From: Octopus vulgaris | Taxonomy: Eukaryota | NCBI GenBank assembly: GCA_951406725.2 | Contig: OX597814.1 | Location: 107,818,001 to 107,882,000 of the forward strand | Length of the DNA: 64,000 bases | Direction of reading: 5' to 3' | Shown here: positions 11,836-24,954 of the stretch, piece by piece | How the letters are laid out: every line of letters begins with the position of its first letter | Position numbering within the stretch: the stretch's first letter is position 1 | The notes under the pieces: generated by a model | Databases searched by the model: none | What the model saw: the letters and a program-made list of their open reading frames with translations, nothing else | What the model was told of the DNA's origin: nothing | Position numbers and translations under genes: made by a program

Positions 11836-11885
11836 AGTAACTTCGAAGTTTCGGCTTGGTAGCATTATAACCTTTCGTCAGACAG
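11836..11885 (-). ncRNA. Hammerhead-like motif (Penelope-derived)
   Basis: CTGACGA-aa-ggtt..agcc-GAAAC-ttcgaa-GTT; stem I only 2 bp. Confidence 0.35.
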
Positions 11886-12144
11886 TATGATAAAGACCAA
11901 GAAGCCGAAACTTTGAAGCCACCATTAACCTTTTTCCATGTAAAAGTTAATCAATATATATAAACATATAATCTTTTATTCGTTTCCGCTATATGGTAGC
12001 GGTCAGGCTGGAGCACCATCATCAGTGTTTGTATTTTTACAAATCATTCTTTTTTTGGGGGGATGTATTCTTCAGGGTGGCGGGATTTCATATCACCGCT
12101 CTTGGGTGTGCTTTTACCCTGGTTGTTGGCGCATTTGGTGTATC

Positions 12145-12151
12145 ACGCACG

Positions 12152-12215
<64 letters not shown>

Positions 12216-13197
12216 TGTTGTTTGTGTACGACTGACCAGATTTGTGTTTCAAACGGCGGCACTTCTCGTCGTGGCCAAAATGTCGCGGAAATCTCTGTTA
12301 GTGTTCATGTGAAGGAAAGAATTCGCTTATTTTGTGGTTGTGTGTTTGCTTTTTCTGGCGAAGACAAAGCACCAAACTCTATCGCCATCGTCGCACTCTG
12401 CTGTTGGTGAACGAAGAAACATTTGTTACAAACTTACAAGTATACGCGACACACGGACACCAGCATTGAACATTGGAAAAATAGAGAAAGCACTTTTGCG
12501 TGTGTGCGTGTGTGTGTGTGTGTGTGTATAGGCGTGTGTTTATATGCTTTTTTGTGTGTATGGGCATATGTTAATGTGTATTTAATGTGCGTGTGTCTAT
12601 TTGTATGTGTATGTGTGTGTTAATGTGCGTGTGTCTATTTGTGTGTGTTTGTGTGTGTGTGCTAATGTGCGTTTATGCGTGTGACTATTTGTATGTGTGT
12701 GTGTGTGTGTATGCGTGTGTGCGAACTTGTATGCGTATGTTTGTGTGTTTATGTGTATATGTGGGTGTGTGGCAACCTACGTTTATGTTTGCGTGTGTGC
12801 ATGCGCATGTTTGATCGCGCGTGTGCACCTGCATACGCGCGCATGAGTAAGTAGTGCATGTGAGCGCGTGTGTGTGTGCGCACGCGCGCGCATCTTTGTG
12901 TGTGCGTATGTGTGAGTGTGTGTATGTGCGCGCATCGCCACGCGTGCACGCTCGTTTTTCGTGCGTGTGTCTGTGTTCGTGTATGTATGTGCGTATATGC
13001 GACTTTCTGTGTGTAAGTGTAAATGAGATTGTGTTTTCATGCGTTTGTTGTTAAGACTGCGTGTTCTGTTTGTGCGCGCGTGTGCGTGTGTGTGTGTGCA
13101 TGTGTGTGTGTATGTATGTGCGTGCGTGTATATGTGTGTGTGTGTACGTGTACATGCGTGAGCGTGTGCACGTGTGTATATGCATGTGTGTACGCGC

Positions 13198-13238
<41 letters not shown>

Positions 13239-13320
13239 TGTGTGTACGTGCACGAGCGTGTGTATGTGCATGTGTACGCGCGCCCGTGTGTGCGTGCGTG
13301 TGTGTGTAGGTGTGGATGGA
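12145..13320. repeat. CpG-containing (CA/TG/CG)n compound microsatellite field
   Basis: Long alternating purine-pyrimidine tract with many retained CpGs. Confidence 0.9.
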
Positions 13321-13449
13321 TGTGTTGGTATTTACAGAAAGCCAACTCCTGTTCTTTCGTGCAATGAAGTGATTCTTCATTCTGTTATTCTTAAATTCTA
13401 TCTGAGGAGAAAATGGTAAACAAAATGGGAACCTTAACAACACAAACGA

Positions 13450-13860
13450 GGTTGTCTGCTAAGAAGCTTGCTTTCCAACTACATGGTTCCAGGTTCAGTC
13501 CCACTGCATAGCACATTGGGCAAGTGTCTTCTACTACAGCCTCAACCGACCAAAGCTTCGTCAGTGGATCTGGTTGGCGGAAACTGAAAGAAGCCTCTCA
13601 TATATCTGTGTGCGTGCTTGTGTGTGTGTGTGTGTGTGTGTGTTTGTCCCTCAACACTGCTTGACGACCGGTGTTTTTTTGTTTACGTTCCTCGTAACTT
13701 CATGGTTAGTCAGAAGGGGACCCAATAAAATAAATATCAGTCTTTAAATAAACAATAAGTCCTAGGGTCGATTCATTCGTCTAAAACCCTTCGAGGCAGT
13801 GCCCCAGCCAAATGACTGGAACAAGGAAAAGGTAAAAAGAAAAAGGAAAAAGAAAAAGAA
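13450..13860 (+). mobile_element. SINE family A
   Basis: Box B ggttcagtcc and family body. Confidence 0.85.
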
Positions 13861-14124
13861 ACTAGTCCCGAAAGGCAGATAAAGTCAGTTGGTAATGTGG
13901 GCAAGAAGAGAGTAAACCTCGTCAGGTTAACGGTTCCCCATGAGCATAACACTGACTCAGCTCACAGTAAGTTCATTTTGGAATAATGTCTGGAAGGACT
14001 GTATTAAAATGCGAGGATGCTGATTGGAAGGCGGGGCATGATCCAAAGTTGGCTGAGAGGCTTTCGAACGAACAGTATGAAGCGATGTTTACTGTCGTTC
14101 GATCTGACTCATCATAAAACGAAT

Positions 14125-14292
14125 CATCATCATATCATCATCGTTTAACGTCCGCTTTCCATGCTAGCATGGGTTGGACGATTTGACTGAGGGCTGGCAA
14201 ACCAGATGGCTGCACCAGGCTCCAATCTGATCTGGCAGAGTTTCTACAGCTGGATGCCCTTCCTAACGCCAACCACTCTGAGAGTGTAGTGT
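14125..14292 (-). mobile_element. RTE LINE 3' end fragment with (GAT)n tail
   Basis: Matches the 3' UTR attached to the RTE ORF at 17478-18650. Confidence 0.8.
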
Positions 14293-14679
14293 CACCATGA
14301 AAGATAACCAAGTTACAGTTTGAAAAGGCAAACCTGCTGGGATTTAGCCACAGAGGCATTACAAGAAGGACAAACTTGTTACCAGTTCAAATATACTTGA
14401 GGCATTATTCGAACACTGTATTTTGTGATGGAGAACATTTCTTGCTATAGACAAACAGGTGTAAATAACCGAATCAGCTCACAGCGTTCCCTAACCAGAC
14501 TAGAATGCATGCATTTCAGAGGGGGTCATCTCCTCATCAAACACAGACACCTGTTAGGGATGCACTGCAAACTGATACAAGAGACAGGCCCCTCTTTTGA
14601 TATTCCCGTCATAGTTCAATGATTCTCTTGTGCGATTTATCAACTCACCGTAATTAAAAACAGTATACAGCGACAAATG

Positions 14680-14878
14680 CAGTTGAATTCGGATATAATG
14701 GACACGTCGAGACCGAGAAAATGTGTCTGTTATATCCGATTGTCTGTTATAACCGAAAACAGTTATAACGTTTTCCACTACAAAACGATTTTCCATTACG
14801 AAAATCCAGACCGTATAATTTTGTCCGTTATAAGAGATTGTCCATTATATCCGTGTCCATTATATCCGAAGTCTACTG
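14680..14878. mobile_element. pogo/Tigger-like MITE
   Basis: TIRs cagttgaattcggatataatggacacg ... cgtgtccattatatccgaagtctactg followed by TA. Confidence 0.8.
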
Positions 14879-15019
14879 TATTCTTTATGACAAAACAAAG
14901 TGAATTACTTTGTTATGGGTTCGCAAATGCCTCAAGCATCTTTGAACTGGTAACATGTTTGTATTTGTACAGATCACTGCTTAACACTGTCACCCCGCAT
15001 TATAAGAAGTGGCTAAGGC

Positions 15020-15440
15020 TGTGAGCTGGTAGAAACGTTAGCATGCCGGGCAAAATCCTTAGCAGTATTTCGTCTGCCGTTACGTTCTGAGTTCAAATTC
15101 TGCTGAGGTCGACTTTGCCTTTCATCCTTTCAGGGGTCGATAAATTAAGTACCAGTTACGCACTGGAGTCGATGTAATCGACTTAACCCCTTTGTTAGTC
15201 CTTGTTTGTCCCCTGTGTGTTTAGCCCCTTGTGGATAATAAAGAAATAAGAAAAGTTAGCACGCCGGGCAAAATGCTGAGCGGTATTTCGTCCGTCTTTA
15301 TGTTCTGAGTTCAAATTCCGCCGAGGTTGACTTTGCCTTTCATCTTTCGAGATCGATAAATTAAGTACCAGTTGCGTACTAGGGTCGATCTATTCGACTG
15401 CCCCCTTCCCCCAAAATTTCGGGCCTTGTGCTTAGAGTAG
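15020..15440 (+). mobile_element. Two tandem family B (MetaSINE-like) SINEs
   Basis: Two copies of gagttcaaattc..gactttgcctttcatc..gtcgataaattaagtaccagtt. Confidence 0.85.
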
Positions 15441-15874
15441 TCACTAGAACGTTAAGCCAAGGCAAGTAACCAGTTGATGAAGGTAGTGCAAGGGGATGGT
15501 GCACAAGAAGAAGGCCCCGAGAGGAAGATTGCCCCCCGCCACTGCCATGGCCAAGTGGTGCACATTCTCTCCTGACGATTCCTATAAATTTGTGAATGTC
15601 CGATAAACGGAGCCTTTAACTAGTGACACATGTATCTGCAAGTTTCTTTTATCTTTTACTTGTTTCAGACATTTGGCCGCGGCCATGCTGCAGCACCACC
15701 TTGAAGAACTTTTAGTCGAATGACTTATTTTTGTTTTAAAGCTTGGTACTTATTCTATCGGGGTCTTTTGCCGAACCGCTATATCACAGGGATGTAAACA
15801 CACCAACAACACTTGTCAAGCAATGGTGGGGGACAAACACAGATACACCCATATATTAATAAATGTATATTAAA

Positions 15875-16040
15875 AAGCCCACAGCTTTTTAATATTCTTC
15901 CAAAGTGGATGCAGGTGTTTTCAAAACAAAACTGGATCTCTTCCAGTCGAGAGTCCCAGATGAACCTACCCCGTGGTAGGAGGCGCAAATGAGGGCAGTG
16001 ACATCAAACCCCCTTATTCACCAAATGCCACATATTAGAG
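15875..16040 (+). mobile_element. CR1/Jockey-group LINE ORF2 C-terminal relic
   Basis: Translates to QLFNILP..VDAGVFKTKLDLFQSRVPDEP. Confidence 0.6.
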
Positions 16041-16130
16041 GAGGCTCTCTATAATGACAGTGTAGCAAAACAGCGGTGCCCCAGCATGGCCACAGCTTTG
16101 AGCTGAAACTAATAAGAATAAAAAAAGTAT

Positions 16131-16213
<83 letters not shown>

Positions 16214-16255
16214 TGTATGTATGTATGTATGTATGTATGTATGTATGTATGTATA

Positions 16256-16289
<34 letters not shown>

Positions 16290-17014
16290 AGGAGAGAGAG
16301 ACAGATAGATAGATAGGTATGTATGTATACCACGGGCTTCTTTTACTTTCTGTCTACCAAATCAACTCACAAGGCTTTGGTCGAACTGTGGCTATAGTAG
16401 AAGACACTTGCTGAAGGTTCCATGCGCTGGGACTGAACCCAGAATCATGTGGTTAGAAAGCATGCTTCTTACCACATAGCCACACCTAGTTTGTAATGTT
16501 TATGCGTGCTTACTTGCACGCATATGTATACATAACAATGAGACAAAGAACCAACTATTATATTCATTGATAACTTCATTCATTAATGAACAAAGTTATG
16601 CAGGATTATCATTCTTCCTTCTTTGCCAGATTCCTCTTCTACTCTGTGATAAATGTACCAACTTATTGATTGGTGAAGAATTTCGGATTTACAATTCGTA
16701 CCAGTCACATGGTATACTTAACCTATTTGGATTTCTGTGCTTTTCAATGGACATTCTTTTAGACAGACTCATTGCTGGGAATCGTATCCGAGGTATTTGC
16801 CAGGATTTCTTCAATCTGCATTTTGCTTCTCAACCATGTTCGAATGCATTTCTACTGCACAGAACCTTGGGCAAATGTCTCCTACAATAGCCTCGTGCTA
16901 ACTAAAGGCTTCGGAATGAATTTGGTAGGCGGAAACTGAAAGAAGTCCGTTGTGTGTGTATGTATGTATGTATGTATGTATGTATGTATGTATGAATGTA
17001 TGTATGTATGTATG

Positions 17015-17062
<48 letters not shown>

Positions 17063-17234
17063 AAGTAAGTTAGGGGTTGTGGATCCAACCCACTAAGGGA
17101 TAATACTTATCCAATATACTGTTGGTAGAATATCCAAATAATTAATGCACAAATATTTATAATTGCAATGCAATTAACTTAATTATTGTATTAAATGGGT
17201 GAAGGTAAAGAAATATTTTACCATTAATTTATGA

Positions 17235-17415
17235 TACAAATAAGAAAATGGAGAAACAATTTAGTTGGTTTATCAGCTTTAGGATATTAGAATGTTGATG
17301 TATATGTGTATGTTATTATGGTTCTCGTTTTGTTAAAGAAATAAGTCAACATTCTAATATTCTAATATCCTAAAGCTGATATACCAACTAAATTGTTTCT
17401 CCATTTTCTTATTTG

Positions 17416-17417
<2 letters not shown>
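17235..17417. repeat. Inverted repeat (~64-bp arms)
   Basis: tacaaataagaaaatggagaaacaatttagttgg... and its reverse complement at 17346-17417. Confidence 0.9.
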
Positions 17418-17477
<60 letters not shown>

Positions 17478-17479
<2 letters not shown>

Positions 17480-18650
17480 TCATCGTTTAACGTCCACTTT
17501 CCATGCTAGCATGGATTAGACGATTTGACTGAGGGCTGGCGAACCAGAAGGTTGCACCAGGCTCCAATCTTGATCTGGCAGAGTTTCTACAGCTGGATGC
17601 CCTTCCTAATGCCAACCACTCCGAGGGTATAGTGGGTGCTTTTACGTGTCACTGGCACAGGGCCAATTAGGCAGTACTGGCAATGACCTCGCTTGAATGT
17701 TTTTCAGGTGCCACCGGCACAAGTGCCAGTAAGGCGACACTGGTAATGATCAAGCTCAAATGGTGCTTTTTACATGCCACCAGCATGGAAGCCAGTTTGC
17801 CGCTCTGGCAACAATCACGCTCGGATGGTGCTCTTAGCACCCTACTAGTACAGATGCCAGTCATCGAATTTGATTTCGATTTCACTTGCCTCAACAGGTC
17901 TTCACAAGCAGAGTTTAGTGTCCAATGAAGGAAAGACACGAATAAGTGGGCTGGTTACACACCTGGCATAGGCCACGAGGTTATGGTCTTGTTTGGCTTG
18001 CCGAGTCTTCTCAAGCACAGCATATTTCCAAAAGTCTCAGTCACTAGTCATTGCTCAGTGAGGCCTAATGTTCGAAGGTCGTGCTTCACCACTTCATCCC
18101 AGGTCTTCCTGGGTCTACCTCTTCCACAGGTTCCCTCAACCGCTAGGGTGTGGCACTTTTTCACACAGCTATCCTCATCCATTCTCACCACATGACCATA
18201 CCAGCGCAGTTGTCTCTCTTGCACACCACGTCTGATGCTTCTTAGGGCCAACATTTCTCTCAAGGTATTTACACTCTGTCAAGTATGCAAACTGACATTA
18301 CACATCCATCGGATCATACTGGCTTCATTCCTTGTGAGCTTACGCATGTCCTCAGCAGTCACAGCCCATGTTTCACTGCCATGTAGCATGGCTGTTCGTA
18401 CACATGCGTCATACAGTCTACCTTTTACTCTGAGCAAGAGTCCCTTTGTCACCAGCAGAGGCAAGAGCTCTCTGAAGTTTGCCCAGGCTATTCTTATTCT
18501 AGTAGCTACACTTTCAGTGCACCTCTCCTGCTACTGACTTGGTCACCTAGGTAACGGAAGCTATCAACTACTTCTAGTTTTTGTCCCTGGAATGTGGCAG
18601 AAGTTGTTCTCTGCACATTTTCAGGGTTTATTGCACCTGAGCATCTGCCA
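17478..18650 (-). mobile_element. 5'-truncated RTE-clade LINE (RT C-terminus, 3' UTR, (GAT)n tail)
   Basis: KGRLYDACVRTAMLHGSETW and LRWYGHVVRM...GRGRPRKTW motifs; frameshifted. Confidence 0.92.
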
Positions 18651-18670
18651 CATAAAAAAACTGTATGTAT

Positions 18671-18863
18671 GGAAAACAATTAAATTTTGGAAAAATTAAA
18701 AGAAAAGTTTTTTCAAAAGAATATTTGCATAGTATTCAAATACAAGGGTCATTTTCTTTGTTTCTGCCTGTCTCCGTCTCTCTTGTGGATTCAGGGTCAT
18801 TGTGAATTCTTGGCAGGGGAGGAGGAGGAGGAGGAGGAGGAGGAGGAGAAGAAGAAGAAGAAG

Positions 18864-18894
<31 letters not shown>

Positions 18895-19125
18895 CAGGGC
18901 ACTTGACCATTTAACATCCTACTACTATCATGGCACTCTCACATTCTTCTTTTTCTTTTCTTCTTCTTCTTCCCTGCCAAGAATTCACAACGACCCTGAA
19001 CCCACAAGAGTAAACAAGAGGCAGAGACAGGCAGAAACATGGAAATGCCACTTGTATTTGAACATTATACAAATATTCTTTTAAAAAACTTTTCATTTAA
19101 TTTTTCCAAAATTTGATTGTTTTCC
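18671..19125. mobile_element. Palindromic MITE-like element (~150-bp arms, GAG/GAA microsatellite loop)
   Basis: 18671-18820 is a diverged reverse complement of about 18965-19125. Confidence 0.8.
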
Positions 19126-19510
19126 TTAACTAGAGTTGAAAAAGTCTCAATGACTGAAACCAGTACTGAAATGATTTTTATGATAAAATTATTTTAGCAT
19201 TTTCTACCTTGACTTTTTTTCCATATACATCAACTTGTGTTCCTTTTCGACCTTCTACATACATACATACATACATATATATATACATATACATATATCA
19301 TCATCATCATCACCATCTAATATCTACACAGCCTTGGTTTTTTATCTCATTACATAAAAAATTTTATATACACACGCTGACATATGACCAACGTTGAACC
19401 CCTTATTCGCAAAATTACTGAACCCTGGAACTTAACTATAGTCTGTCTATAGCACTTATTCAGCATTACCTGATACCTTTGGGTCTCAATGACACCATTA
19501 CCTCTTATAA

Positions 19511-19595
<85 letters not shown>

Positions 19596-19599
19596 TCAC

Positions 19600-19900
19600 A
19601 TATATACTTTTTTATTGTTTTTACTGTTTTGTTCTTACTGTCCTGTTCTTGTTACCGTTTTCACCCACCACAAAAAATCCCAAATTTTAACTAATTTGCT
19701 TTGCGGGAAAGAAGTCGCGTCTTGTCCTTACCTTTGAAACACGGAGTAGATGAAACAGGGACAACTGAAGAAGGGGAATATCCTTGTGTTGTATGTCTTG
19801 TTTTCTCTGTTTTTTTTCGTTGTTTGAAAAAAAGTTTGTTTTTATGTTTTCGTTTCTGCTTGTGTTCAACGTTTTTTTTATGTCTTGTACCCATATATGC
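19600..19900 (+). mobile_element. Penelope-like pLTR relic
   Basis: ccttTGAAAC...CTGAAGAagggg motif; resembles the reverse complement of 1-200. Confidence 0.45.
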
Positions 19901-21093
19901 ATGTATATATACATATATATGTAGGTATGTACATATATGTATGTATATATGTATATATTTATATATTATTTATTTTATTAAATGATTGAACGCCATGCAT
20001 CCTTTTCCAAGTAAGTTTTATCCACATATATATATATATTATTTATTATATATGTAATATATGCTATTTATTATTATATATAGGTAGATAGGGAGAGAGA
20101 GAGAGAGAGAGCAGAGAAAGAAAGAGAGGCGGAGGGAGATGTGCTGGTTCTGAATTCTATAGAAAATCTATAGAGATAAACCATATGGATATATATACAT
20201 ACACCCACATATACATACAAGTGGCTAGGAAGCAAATTTATCGCCACACAGCCACGCCTGTGCCTATATGTATGTATGTATGCATCTATCTATCTATGTA
20301 TTTATATCTATATCTATATATATATACACAGACATATGCGCATACAAATATACACGCACACACACACATATATATACATATAAATACATACATATACATA
20401 CATATGGAGTTTTGTACGCATGCTAGTAATTAAACGGACCCACGACAACAATAATGATAGTTTGGCTAAACTACAAGCTGTACAAATAAAATTATTCCTT
20501 TGTTTAGTTTTTTTTTTAAGATTCGAATACGAGAAATTGAAGTCCACGTGACATCGAAATAGGACAAAGAGGACAGGATCATCAGAGGACAAAAGTAGTG
20601 TGTGTGTGTGTGTGTGAGGCATATTGGTCGAGATTCGCTGCAACTGGTGTTTGCTTTTAATTCGGTGAAAACGTCGCTGAAATATAGAAGCGGCGATTTT
20701 TATGGTAAGCAAGAAGAATGTAAACAGATCGCACACACACACACACACAAATCTATACATTCACACACACATGCATGCACACATACGTACATACACTTAT
20801 TCACAGATGTACTCACAAACACACACACATTCACGCGCCTGCACACATTCACATCCACACATTAGCGCACACACAAACACATTCACTTATATACACGCAA
20901 CACATCTACATACATACATAAATACATACACATTGACACACATACATACACTTTCACACACATACACGCTCATTCACACATTCGCGTACACACAAACACA
21001 TTCACTTATATATACACAACACATCTACATACATACATAAATACTTACACATTCACACACACACATACATGCACATTCACACACATACATACA

Positions 21094-21127
<34 letters not shown>

Positions 21128-21827
21128 CATACATACACGCACATTCACACACGCGTGCACCCCCCCCCCCCAACACACACACACCTACGCACACACCTAC
21201 TCGCGCGCGCACACACTTGTCTCCGTCCACTAATAGTACATGTGAACTTGACTCTTCCTTACCAATATATCCAGTTTCCAGCATCGTTCAGTGACTGCAA
21301 TGTTTACATGTGTGTTTGACGAGTGTATAGTAACCTATTGTAATGTAGAAGGTTCTATAGAGATCCGTAGGGATGTCAGGGTCTATACAATGTTGAATAT
21401 ATTATTCTAGGGTAGATATTGTAGCGGTGATATTGGAGTTGGGTATCGCCGTTTTGTTTTATAACGGTGTATAACGATGTTATTTTATAACAGGTTGTAT
21501 AGTGATGTGTATACACAAGGGTGTATGATAGGTTATATAGACGTCTGGTATGTATGATAGGGTGTATGATGGTGTTCTACGCATTGTAGGATGTATACAT
21601 GCATAGCAAGATGTATGTGTAATAGGGTGTATAGCAATGAAGTATGTTTAATAGGGTGTATCGTGTGTGTGTATGTCCTTGTGCCCCCATCACCGCTTGA
21701 CAACCGGTGCTGGTGTGTTTACGTCCCCCGTTATCTAGCGGTTCGTCAAAATAGATTGATAGAATAAGTACCCGGCATTAAAGGGAAAAAGTCCTGGGTG
21801 TAATTCGTTGGACTAAAAATTCTTCAT

Positions 21828-22212
21828 GGTGTGGCTGTGTGGTAAGAAGTTTGCTTCCCAGCCACATGGTTCCAGGTTCAGTCCCACCGCGTGACACGTT
21901 AGGCAAGTGTCTTCCACTACAGCCTTGGGCTGACCAAACGCTTGTGAGTGGATTTGATTGACGGAAACTGAAAGAAGCCCATCGTATGTGTGTGTGTGTG
22001 TGTGTGTGGGTTGTGTCTGTGTTTGTCCCTCCATCATCACTTGACACCCAGTGTTGGTATGCTTTCGCCCCCCGTAACTTATCGGTTCGGCAAAAGACAT
22101 CGATAGAAGTACTAGGCTTTAAAAAAGTCCTGGGGTCGAATTGTTCAGCAAAGACACTTTAAGGCGGTGCTCCAGCATGGCTACAGCCAAATGACTAAAA
22201 CAGATAAAAGAA
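21828..22212 (+). mobile_element. SINE family A, full length (preceded by a 3'-half copy at 21665-21825)
   Basis: Pol III boxes and body. Confidence 0.88.
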
Positions 22213-22219
22213 TATATAT

Positions 22220-22644
22220 GAATCTTTTCGGTTTGAACAGCAGTTTTTCTAGTGGTGTCATATGACATTGTCACCCATAATTATGACCCTAGTATCGATC
22301 TATTGCATTTCAATCTATTTTAGGGTTAGAGTTAGTTAGGGTTAAGGGTGGGGGGAAGGGTATCGTTTTTCGTCAGAAATGTAAATAAACCCAATCTGTT
22401 TCTTAAACAAGGGACATATTCATACGGCACAGAATGCTTTTTACGTCAATAGATGTCAGTGATTGGTTGAAATTGAAGAAATTGAAGAAAAAAAACAACA
22501 AATATCTTACAAATTATAGAATTTTCTCAATAAAGCCAAGAGAAAAAGATGTTTTATAAACGCATTCTACCAGTATACGAAGTTTAAAATTTTTTAGTTA
22601 CCTAGAAATTATGTTAAAAACTACCGTTCAAACCGAAAAGATAA
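22220..22644. mobile_element. Merlin-like MITE (copy of 50504-50920, opposite orientation)
   Basis: TIR gaatcttttcggtttgaacagcagtttt / aaaactaccgttcaaaccgaaaagat; internal ttagggtt. Confidence 0.85.
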
Positions 22645-22721
22645 GTATATATATAAAATCGCCCAACCCATGCTAGCGTGGAAAGCGGTGGTTAAACGAT
22701 GATGATGATGATATATATAAT

Positions 22722-22918
22722 TCTTTTATTTGTTTCAGTGATTTGACTGTGGCCATGCTGGGGCACTGCCTTCAGTCGAACAAATCGATCCCAGGACTTA
22801 TTCTTTGCAAGCCTAGTACTTATTCTATTGGTCTCTTTGGTCAAACCACTAAGTTACGGGGACATAAACACACCAGCATCGGTTGTCAAGCAATCTTGGT
22901 GGGGACAAATACAAACAC

Positions 22919-22983
<65 letters not shown>

Positions 22984-23162
22984 CACATGTATAAATATGA
23001 CGAGCTTCTTTCAGTTTCCGTCTACCAAATCCACTCACAAGGCTTTGGTTGGCCCGAGGCTATAGTAGAAGACACTTGCTGACAGTACCACACTGTGGAA
23101 CTGAACTTGGAATTATGTGGTTGGTAAGCAAGCTAATTACCACACAGCCACACCAATGCCTA
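22722..23162 (-). mobile_element. SINE family A, full length
   Basis: Reverse complement of the family body. Confidence 0.88.
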
Positions 23163-23256
23163 TATATATTTAGATTCAGTTGAATTAGGTACTTAAATCA
23201 AGGCACCTTGTCAGGATGAATTTATTTGCACACTCAGATAATATTAAGTAAGTATC

Positions 23257-23472
23257 AAGGCAGCGAGCTGGCAAAGATGATAGCACATCGGGTAAAATGC
23301 TTAGCGGTACTTTGTCTGTCTATGTTCTGAGTTCAAATTCTGCCAAGGTCGACTTTGCTTTTCATCTTTACAGGGTTGATAAATTAAGTACCAGTTGCAT
23401 ACTGGAATCAAGCTAAGCGAATTTCCCCCCCTCCCTCCAAAATTTTGGGCCTTGTGCCTAGAGTACAAAAGA
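23257..23472 (+). mobile_element. SINE family B
   Basis: ggcagcgagctggca head and Meta-like domain. Confidence 0.85.
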
Positions 23473-23974
23473 CAATATTAGGTGAGTATCAAACTCTGCA
23501 TGGAACTTTTTTCACCCAATATTTTGCAGTGTCTGCAGATGGCACAATCCAACTTAGCAAATAAATCCACCCTTGTTTGTTCAGATATAGACTTTATATA
23601 AAGATACCTTCCATCATACTTCCAAAATGCAGATTCCATGCGCACACACATGTATATATCTTCTTGTAAGACCCATTGCACTGTTGTTCTGAGATGCATC
23701 ATTAGCGATGGTTTCTGCTGTCTTCAAAGTTTTCGGGTCTTCCAACAGCAGACTTCTTTGTCCAGTCTGTCCAACTTGCTAACGATTCTGCCAGCTTACC
23801 ATTTGAATGGCAATAATAATCCTTTTTAATATAGACCTGAAATTTTGAGGGAAGTGTCTTGTCAAAGACCTCGACATCAAGCTAGACAAAGAGCTACTGT
23901 GCACTTTATCGGTCATTTTATTGCCACAATTCTGCCAGCTTGCCACCATTACAATAATAATAATAAACGTCTCT

Positions 23975-24337
23975 ACTATAGGCACAAGGCCTGAAATTGT
24001 GGTGGTGGGGAGAGACTAGTCGATTACATCGACCCCAGCACTTAACTGGTACTTATTTCTTTGGCCCAGAACTCATAACGTAAAGAGGGATTGAAATGCC
24101 AGTAAGCATTTTAACCAGCATACTGACGAATAATGGTTTCAAATTTTGTCAGAAGGGCAACAATTTTGGGAGAGGGTATGAGTTGATTACATCGACCCCT
24201 GTGTTCAACTGGTACTTAATTTATTGACCCCAAAATGATGAAAGGTAAAGTCGACCTAGGCAGAATTTGAACTCAGAATGTAGCGACGGGCGAAATACTG
24301 CTAAGCATTTCGTTCAGCATGCTAACGATTCTGCCAA
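23975..24337 (-). mobile_element. SINE family B, two partial copies
   Basis: gattacatcgacccc..ctggtactta repeated; gatgaaaggtaaagtcgacc. Confidence 0.8.
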
Positions 24338-24954
24338 TGACGACGGCAACAATGATGATGATGAAATGACAATGATGATGATGATGATGACGACGATGAT
24401 GATGATGATGACAGTGGTGGCATCAACAGCAGCAGTAGTAGTGGTGGTGGTGGTGGTTTCTTTCATTCACCAGAGGAACAGCATCAGGTGAGGGGTACAT
24501 TACACACACCGTTTACACTTTGTGAGGGGGTTTATTTAAAAAAAAAGGAGAGAAAAAGGAACAAGAGGAAGCAAATGAGATACAAATTATCCAAATTATG
24601 TGAACTTACTGATGATGCGGTCCTCCTGACACAGGAGAACCTCCAACAAGGGCCCAAGATCCAAAATCACTCTAACTATGAAGGTCACAAGCCCTCGCCT
24701 AACTGCAGATCTCCAATCTGCAAGTGCATGCTTGGAGTAGATTCAGTCACCCAAACCATTTTTACTACAGTCACACCCCGACCCCTTGATAAATTCACCA
24801 GAAGGGGGCCCTTTCATCTCCACTCGCACTTTCCTTTCCCGAGAGGAACTTTAAAATGTTGAACGAGTGTATATTTGAGTAAGGTCAGCCCCCAGTCTAT
24901 GATGGCACCGATAATGCCCTCTACAATATATATGTGTGTGTGTGTGTCTGTGTA

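Noticed and set aside
21460-21662. Repeated atagggtgtat motif with variable spacers (superficially CRISPR-like)
   Set aside because: Short degenerate low-complexity repeat in eukaryotic DNA, with irregular spacing and no cas genes
23480-23800. ORF MMHLRTTVQ...CAICRHCK
   Set aside because: More likely a very decayed R4-type LINE remnant; too weak to annotate
24590-24790. ELTDDAVLLTQENLQ resembling the RT FADD motif
   Set aside because: Single weak motif; cannot be assigned without a search
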